Origin: an uncultured Ignavibacteriales bacterium
GTDB taxonomy: Bacteria; Zixibacteria; MSB-5A5; GN15; JAAZOE01
Assembly: GCA_964611355.1 (NCBI GenBank)
Contig: CAZSYD010000002.1
Coordinates: forward strand, 74,409 to 109,031
Direction of reading: 5' to 3'
Length of the DNA stretch: 34,623 nucleotides
This document shows positions 29,091 through 34,623 of the stretch, in pieces; position 1 is the first letter of the stretch, and the number at the start of each line of letters is the position of its first letter. The notes under the pieces were generated by a model. That model was not told the DNA's origin. It did no database searches and saw nothing but the letters and a program-made list of their open reading frames with translations. Position numbers and translations under genes: made by a program.

Positions 29091-29504
29091 TCATGACGCT
29101 CTCCTGTAAACCAAGAAATACGGATCGTGATAAACCAATCGCCAGTGATTGGCGATCGCCTTGAAAACCGGCATCTCCATCTCTTTATACCGGGGAACCA
29201 CAGCCGTATTTATGTTGTATTTGCGACAATGTCTTTCTATGTCATCAATCCTGTAGCATTTCATCTCAAAAAAAGATAACACGGCGAAAAAAGACAGGAG
29301 CAGATGATAATAGGGGGGATGAAGAGTTGGGAATCCGGTTGCCGGATCGGCATAGAGGCTGCCTTCCATGACGTGCAGAATTTTGGCTTTAACGAATTGA
29401 ATATCGGGCATGAAGAAATACAGGGGCAGACCGTGATACGGAACCGGGACAGCTAAAATCAGGGCTAAAGCAATCAGGAACGGTTCTTTTTTGTATCTTG
29501 ACAT
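29091..29504 (-). CDS. Short membrane protein, possibly an internally deleted GT-C-type glycosyltransferase remnant
   Basis: 137 aa. N-terminal DPATGFPTLHPPYYHLLLS and C-terminal KYNINTAVV...WRLVYHDPYFLVYR resemble the two ends of much longer membrane glycosyltransferases. Confidence 0.4.
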   Translation of the reverse strand: MSRYKKEPFLIALALILAVPVPYHGLPLYFFMPDIQFVKAKILHVMEGSLYADPATGFPTLHPPYYHLLLSFFAVLSFFEMKCYRIDDIERHCRKYNINTAVVPRYKEMEMPVFKAIANHWRLVYHDPYFLVYRRAS

Positions 29505-29521
29505 CCGCTACCGGGCCGGAG

Positions 29522-32488
29522 TTATGCTTCGCGACCGCAGCATTTCTTGTATTTCTTGCCGGAACCGCAGGGGCAGGGGTCATTGCGACCGACTTTGGGG
29601 ACGGCCCGCCTGACCGGTTTTTTCTTTCCCCGCTGGGCGGCTTCGGCCATCGGGCTGGTTTCGATTATTCCCTCGGAACCGGCTTGCTGAGCGGCAGTGG
29701 CGAAACCCATACCGGTAGCATCGCTATGGCTGGCGATCATTTCTGACCGGCGGCGTCTTTCCTCGCGTGAAGGTTCGGGGATATTGACCTGCAGACGAAA
29801 AACCTTACCGACGATTTCGCGATCGATCTCGTCGATCAACTCGGCAAACATCCCGAAGGCTTCTTTTTTATATTCCAGGAGCGGGTCGCGCTGGCCGTAG
29901 GCGCGAAGGCCGATGCCGGCGCGGAGTTCATCGACATCGTTGAGATGATCGCGCCAGAACTGGTCAACGGTAACCAGGGCGGCATATTTTTCCAGACGCC
30001 GTATCAGATCGATGCCGTAGGCGGTTTCCTTGCTTTCATATATATGAAGAACCGCTTTCCTGATGTCGTCGAAAAGTTTTTTGCGGCTGAGCTCGGGAAT
30101 GTCCTCCTTCTTAACCCGGAGGTCAAGCAGGAAAATGTGGCGAAGCTGTTTTTGAAGTTCCTCGATATTCCATTTCTCGGGATATTCATTTTCAGGACAG
30201 GTGGCCTCCACCAGTGATTCGATGGTGTTGTCGATAAACTCCAGTATAGTGGCTTTGATATCCGGGTTTTCGAGCGCATCCAGTCGGCGGCTGTAAATGA
30301 CCTGCCGCTGCTGATTCATGACGTCGTCATATTTGAGAGTGTGCTTCCGGATGGCGAAATTTTGCGCTTCGACCCGTTTCTGGGCTCGTTCGATAGCGCG
30401 GGTTATCATTTTATGCGTGATTACTTCGCCCTCCTGAACGCCCAGTTTATCCATTACCGAGGCGATACGGTCGGAACCGAACAGCCGCATCAGGTCGTCT
30501 TCCAAAGAGAGAAAGAACTGCGAAGAGCCCGGGTCGCCCTGACGCCCGGATCGTCCGCGCAACTGACGGTCGATACGGCGCGCCTCGTGCCGTTCGGTGC
30601 CCAGAATATGCAGGCCGCCTTTGTCCACGACACCCGAACCGAGCTTAATATCGGTTCCTCGCCCGGCCATGTTGGTGGCAATGGTTACCGCCCCGGATTG
30701 GCCGGCTTCGACGACAATTTCCGCTTCCTGCTGGTGGCGCTTGGCGTTGAGGACGTTGTGCGCGAGACCGACCCGTTTGAGCATTTTCGAGAGGATTTCC
30801 GAGACTTCAACCGACACGGTGCCGACCAGCACCGGGCGGCCCTGATTATGAAGCCGAACGATTTCATCGATAATTGCCTTGTATTTTTCACGGCGCGTGC
30901 GATAAATATGATCGTCCATGTCGGCCCGCCACACCGGTTCGTGAGTCGGGATAACGACCACGTCGAGCTTGTAGATGTCCCAGAACTCGGACGCCTCGGT
31001 TTCCGCCGTACCCGTCATGCCCGCCAGCTTTTCGTACATGCGGAAATAATTCTGGATGGTGATTGTGGCCAGCGTCTGGGTTTGCGCTTCGACCCTGACG
31101 CCTTCCCTGGCCTCAATCGCCTCGTGAAGCCCGTCGCTGTAGCGGCGACCCGGCATAAGGCGCCCGGTGAATTCATCGACGATAAGCACCTTGCCGTCCT
31201 GGACGACGTATTCGACGTTTTTTTCATAGAGGGAGTAGGCCCTGAGCAGTTGGCTTATGTTATGTACTTTTTCGGAACGGAGGCCGTGCACCTTGTAAAT
31301 CTCGTCGCTGCGGCGGGCTTTTTCCTCCGGCGACAGATTTTCGTCGCCCTCAATAGCCGAAAGCTCGGTGGAGATGTCGGGAATTATAAACAGTTCCTGG
31401 ACGTCTTTGGGAAACTGGGCGTTGCCGTTGTCGGTCAAATTGATGGAATGTTCGCGCTCATCGATAACGTAATATAGCTGCTCATCCAGCTCGTACATTT
31501 TCTTATCGCGCATCAACGACGCTTCGACTTGTGAAATGAGCTTTTTGACGCCGGTTTCCTTGAGCAGTTTCATAAACTTTTTGTGTTTCGGCGTCCCGCG
31601 GCTGGCCATCAGCAGATAAAGACCGGCCTGGAATTCGTCGCCGTTGTCGCTGTTCAATATCTTTTCCGCTTCCGCGATTTTCTCGCCGACCAGCTGATTT
31701 TGCCTGCGCACCAGCTCATGAACGTACGGCCGCATCTCGTCGTAGCGACCGGTATCAGTGTTAGCTACGGCACCGGAAATAATAAGCGGCGTGCGGGCCT
31801 CATCGACCAGAACCGAATCGACCTCATCGACGATGGCGTAATGGAAAGCTCGCTGAACGCGGTCTTCCGCGGTTTGCACCATGTTATCGCGCAGGTAATC
31901 AAAACCGAATTCGTTGTTGGTGCCGTAGGTAATATCGCAGTTGTATTGAGCTTTCCGTTCCTGTGGATCCATGTCGTGCTGGATACAGCCGATCGTCAGA
32001 CCCAGAAATTCGTAGATTTTACCCATCCACCGGCTGTCGCGAAGAGCCAGGTAGTCGTTGACGGTAACGATATGCACGCCTTTTTTGGTCAGAGCATTCA
32101 GATAAATCGGCATGGTCGCCGCCAGCGTTTTCCCCTCGCCGGTGGCCATTTCGGCGATTTTCCCCTGGTGCAGAACAACGGCGCCAACAAGTTGAACATC
32201 ATAAGGCACCATATCCCATGTGGTCTCGATACCGGCCACATTCCACGACTGGCCGATAAGACGCTTACAGGTCTGTTTGACGACGGCAAACGCCTCGGGA
32301 AGGATATCATCGACCGTTTCGCCGGCTTCGAGACGGGAGATAAACTCGTCCGTTTTTTGCTTTAATTGTTCGTCTGAAAGCGAGTCGTACTCGTCAAAAC
32401 GCCCGTTTATTTCCCGGACGAGCGGCTGGAGTTTCTTGACGTCCCGTTCGTGCTTGGTGCCGAATATTTTTTCTATAATGTTTTTCAT
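29522..32488 (-). CDS. secA: Preprotein translocase subunit SecA
   Basis: [50 protein letters not shown] and C-terminal SEC-C ([18 protein letters not shown]). Confidence 0.99.
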   Translation of the reverse strand: MKNIIEKIFGTKHERDVKKLQPLVREINGRFDEYDSLSDEQLKQKTDEFISRLEAGETVDDILPEAFAVVKQTCKRLIGQSWNVAGIETTWDMVPYDVQLVGAVVLHQGKIAEMATGEGKTLAATMPIYLNALTKKGVHIVTVNDYLALRDSRWMGKIYEFLGLTIGCIQHDMDPQERKAQYNCDITYGTNNEFGFDYLRDNMVQTAEDRVQRAFHYAIVDEVDSVLVDEARTPLIISGAVANTDTGRYDEMRPYVHELVRRQNQLVGEKIAEAEKILNSDNGDEFQAGLYLLMASRGTPKHKKFMKLLKETGVKKLISQVEASLMRDKKMYELDEQLYYVIDEREHSINLTDNGNAQFPKDVQELFIIPDISTELSAIEGDENLSPEEKARRSDEIYKVHGLRSEKVHNISQLLRAYSLYEKNVEYVVQDGKVLIVDEFTGRLMPGRRYSDGLHEAIEAREGVRVEAQTQTLATITIQNYFRMYEKLAGMTGTAETEASEFWDIYKLDVVVIPTHEPVWRADMDDHIYRTRREKYKAIIDEIVRLHNQGRPVLVGTVSVEVSEILSKMLKRVGLAHNVLNAKRHQQEAEIVVEAGQSGAVTIATNMAGRGTDIKLGSGVVDKGGLHILGTERHEARRIDRQLRGRSGRQGDPGSSQFFLSLEDDLMRLFGSDRIASVMDKLGVQEGEVITHKMITRAIERAQKRVEAQNFAIRKHTLKYDDVMNQQRQVIYSRRLDALENPDIKATILEFIDNTIESLVEATCPENEYPEKWNIEELQKQLRHIFLLDLRVKKEDIPELSRKKLFDDIRKAVLHIYESKETAYGIDLIRRLEKYAALVTVDQFWRDHLNDVDELRAGIGLRAYGQRDPLLEYKKEAFGMFAELIDEIDREIVGKVFRLQVNIPEPSREERRRRSEMIASHSDATGMGFATAAQQAGSEGIIETSPMAEAAQRGKKKPVRRAVPKVGRNDPCPCGSGKKYKKCCGREA

Positions 32489-32522
32489 ATCGCTCTTGGA
32501 GCTTGAATCCGCTTAACATTAG

Positions 32523-32552
32523 ATTATAACGGCATTTTACAGCCAATGGCAA
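32523..32552 (-). promoter_or_regulatory. sigma70-type promoter for secA
   Basis: Minus strand TTGCCA(32552-32547)-N18-TATAAT(32528-32523), about 35 nt before the secA ATG. Confidence 0.6.
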
Positions 32553-32561
32553 GCATTTTCC
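32542..32561. repeat. 20-bp exact repeat, copy 1 (copy 2 at 33520-33539)
   Basis: gccaatggcaagcattttcc is identical in both intergenic regions downstream of the CPBP paralogs. Confidence 0.85.
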
Positions 32562-32648
32562 CTGTCGGATTAGCCTTACATTTATATATACATTATCTTT
32601 TATTTTCGAGCGTACGGTAAGTTCCGTGATTGGTTTTCAATGCGGAAA

Positions 32649-32690
32649 CGCCAATTGTCTACTTCAACGGCGGGGGCAGGCCCCAGTTGA
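32649..32690. repeat. 42-bp repeat covering the CPBP 3' end, copy 1 (copy 2 at 33583-33624)
   Basis: cgccaat[t/c]gtctacttca[a/g]cggcgggggcaggccccagttga, 2 mismatches; encodes NWGLPPPLK*. Confidence 0.85.
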
Positions 32691-33450
32691 AAATAGTAAG
32701 CATTACGTAGCAACTTGTATTCCAACAGCCATGAAGAATGATTGAGGGATATAGCGATCTTGTTTTAGCATAAGGCCATGTCAATATCACGCCGCTTAGG
32801 AAATAAAAGGGGTAGTAAGTAACATCAAAATCCGATGGTTCAAAGTGAATTAACATGAATATCAAGGGGGTTACCCAGATCGCTCGACGATAACTATAAC
32901 GCCTCCAAACAACGGGAAACAGCATGCCGAAAAAAATCACGGTTTCAGAAATCGGCGCCATGACAACCGCTATCAGAAGCGGCTTTACTAAATAAGGAAT
33001 AACCAACTTCATATCCCTGTCGGCCAGGGCTTCGTAGATTTCTTCGTTCGGCTCCCAGCCGTAATAATCTTTATAAGGATATTGCTCGAATTGATGGGGG
33101 CCTATCTCCGGTATCGCCGTGTAGTCAGGTTTCGCGTATTTAAATAAAATGTACATTCCGACGTCTAATACCATTATAGCAGCGATTATTATCACTATCG
33201 CCTTTTTTGCACCGCGTGAAATCTTAAGATTGAGGCCAAGCTCGTTTTCGCCATCCGATTGAAACAGGAAATAGATGATAACACCCGCGGCAAATATCTG
33301 GCCAAGCGGTAATTTGGGGAAATCCGGAAGAAGTGAAAAAATGACAGTAATAATAATGGCCGTGCGGTACTGAAACTTCGCCGGTAGATTGTACTCCCTG
33401 TTTTTTATATGGAATAGATTTTTGATGATTTTTACGATTTTATCTATAAT
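32659..33450 (-). CDS. CPBP (CAAX/Abi) family intramembrane protease paralog; probable ATT start
   Basis: APISETVIFFG, FMLIH and SIILHGCWN motifs. The frame stays open upstream of the tracked GTG (33195) to 33462, with homology to the paralog (KNREYNLP, ENELGLNLKISRGAKKA). AGGAGG lies 8 nt before the in-frame ATT at 33450. Confidence 0.7.
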   Translation of the reverse strand: MIDKIVKIIKNLFHIKNREYNLPAKFQYRTAIIITVIFSLLPDFPKLPLGQIFAAGVIIYFLFQSDGENELGLNLKISRGAKKAIVIIIAAIMVLDVGMYILFKYAKPDYTAIPEIGPHQFEQYPYKDYYGWEPNEEIYEALADRDMKLVIPYLVKPLLIAVVMAPISETVIFFGMLFPVVWRRYSYRRAIWVTPLIFMLIHFEPSDFDVTYYPFYFLSGVILTWPYAKTRSLYPSIILHGCWNTSCYVMLTIFNWGLPPPLK

Positions 33451-33592
33451 ATGGCATTCCTCCTACGTTAAAGAGCCATTTTTAATACAACGAAATGTAA
33501 GATATAATGTTCTTTCATGGCCAATGGCAAGCATTTTCCAATACCGATTATTATACGCATTTTTGACATTACCGGTTGATTCCGCCAATCGT

Positions 33593-34405
33593 CTACTTCA
33601 GCGGCGGGGGCAGGCCCCAGTTGAGGATAGTAATCCAGAGGAATGCAAATGCATTATTATGAAAATGGAAAATAATGGATGGATACATCGACCGTGTCCG
33701 CATATAAAGATATGTCATGACATATCCTGATGTAAATACGCCAATTAAAGCGAATGGTCTAAGGAAAGCATCGGGATGAAGAATTGAAAATATCAGGGGC
33801 ACAATCCACAAGGTTTTCCCGGCGCTGCGCTTTTTCCAGACAATCGGGACGATAAACCCGAACAATATGATAGTCTCAAAAATCGGCACAAAAACCATGA
33901 TGCCAAGAATCGGTTTTACCGATGCAGAAAACACCCCTTTTAAATCACGGTTTGCAAGAGCTTCGTATATCGACTCGTCAGGCTTGCAGGATCCGGATGG
34001 GGTCAGTAGATCATAGGAGATTTGCTCCGAAAATTCAGAGTCCGACTCAAGGTCAAATATAATTAAAGGCTTCGCGACTTCTCCAAGACAGTATAGCCCG
34101 GTAAGCGCTAACGGAGCGATAAACAGGGTCAGAATCAGAACAACAAGGAGGGCGCGTTTGGCAGACCGGTTAAGCCGCAGGCTCAGACCGAGTTCATTTT
34201 CCGACCGGCAGAACGCGGCGCGGACGATAAAAGACAAGACTATGGCGAATCCGATAATGGCCTTGACCGGTGTATCTCCTATGAAATATGGAGGCAGGAT
34301 ATAGATAAATACAAGAAATCCAGATGGCCGAAACGATAACCTGCCCGGAAGATCGCACTCTCTTCCTTTCAGGCTCAAGAATTGCCAAATCTTCGACAAG
34401 AACAT
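33593..34405 (-). CDS. CPBP (CAAX/Abi) family intramembrane protease paralog
   Basis: VPIFETIILFG, FSILH and SIIFHFHNN motifs; shares SIYEALANRD and NWGLPPPLK with the neighbour. Start set at ATG 34405. Confidence 0.8.
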   Translation of the reverse strand: MFLSKIWQFLSLKGRECDLPGRLSFRPSGFLVFIYILPPYFIGDTPVKAIIGFAIVLSFIVRAAFCRSENELGLSLRLNRSAKRALLVVLILTLFIAPLALTGLYCLGEVAKPLIIFDLESDSEFSEQISYDLLTPSGSCKPDESIYEALANRDLKGVFSASVKPILGIMVFVPIFETIILFGFIVPIVWKKRSAGKTLWIVPLIFSILHPDAFLRPFALIGVFTSGYVMTYLYMRTRSMYPSIIFHFHNNAFAFLWITILNWGLPPPLK

Positions 34406-34433
34406 ACTGCGCAATGTACCACGTTAAAGCGTG

Positions 34434-34460
34434 TGAGAGGGAGAAATATTCTCCCTCTCA
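34434..34460. other. Perfect 12-bp inverted repeat (terminator-like on plus strand, or operator/leader element)
   Basis: tgagagggagaa-ata-ttctccctctca followed by tttttgctttt. Confidence 0.55.
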
Positions 34461-34623
34461 TTTTTGCTTTTGCTTATGGAGGCAGGTTCGATATCTGTCT
34501 GCAGGTACGGACGGACAGAACTAAACCTTATTACTAAGGATGTAGTGCAATTAAAAGATTTCTGATTTGCAAATTGCCGGCCTTTTCAATCCGCCGGGCG
34601 GGAGAAATGGCAAACGCCCCCTC

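Noticed and set aside
30341..32365. Long plus-strand ORFs (378 aa and 260 aa)
   Set aside because: Antisense to secA with no recognisable motifs; typical codon-bias shadows.
34593..34623. GCCGGGCGGGAGAAATGGCAAACG: tRNA-Leu-like 5' end or c-di-GMP riboswitch-like GGCAAAC
   Set aside because: Lacks U8 and a good D-stem, and is truncated by the window edge, so it cannot be supported.
1..34623. CRISPR arrays, transposases, rRNA
   Set aside because: No regularly spaced repeats, transposase motifs or rRNA-like sequence were seen by eye.

Overview
Bacterial window. It is probably from the FCB superphylum and Zixibacteria-like, an inference from the FlgD/T9SS-type C-terminal domains, the cohesin/dockerin proteins and the FCB-style SecA insert. 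(1) 1-8272, minus strand: a translationally coupled 'spike and cargo' operon of a contractile injection system (T6SS/eCIS type). It encodes a PAAR protein with a transthyretin-like extension, an 807-aa putative membrane-active effector, a DUF1795/DcrB (Eag-like) chaperone, a PAAR-less paralog of the PAAR extension, an HExxH metallopeptidase and a lipoprotein-like candidate immunity protein. A Clp AAA+ ATPase (possibly ClpV) follows and runs off the window. (2) 8460-16772, plus strand, divergent: a membrane Ser/Thr kinase and several exported proteins (fibre-like YQGRL protein, CTD-sorted protein, DUF4412, CsgG-OmpA fusion). (3) hypFCDE hydrogenase maturation genes and tRNA-Gln(CTG). (4) Two exported cohesin/dockerin proteins. 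(5) VanZ, DUF819, a degenerate M23 lipoprotein, an apparently internally deleted membrane glycosyltransferase, secA and two tandem CPBP paralogs, one of which appears to start at a non-canonical ATT. The most interesting element is the modular PAAR/adaptor/effector operon with an apparently circularly permuted PAAR domain.
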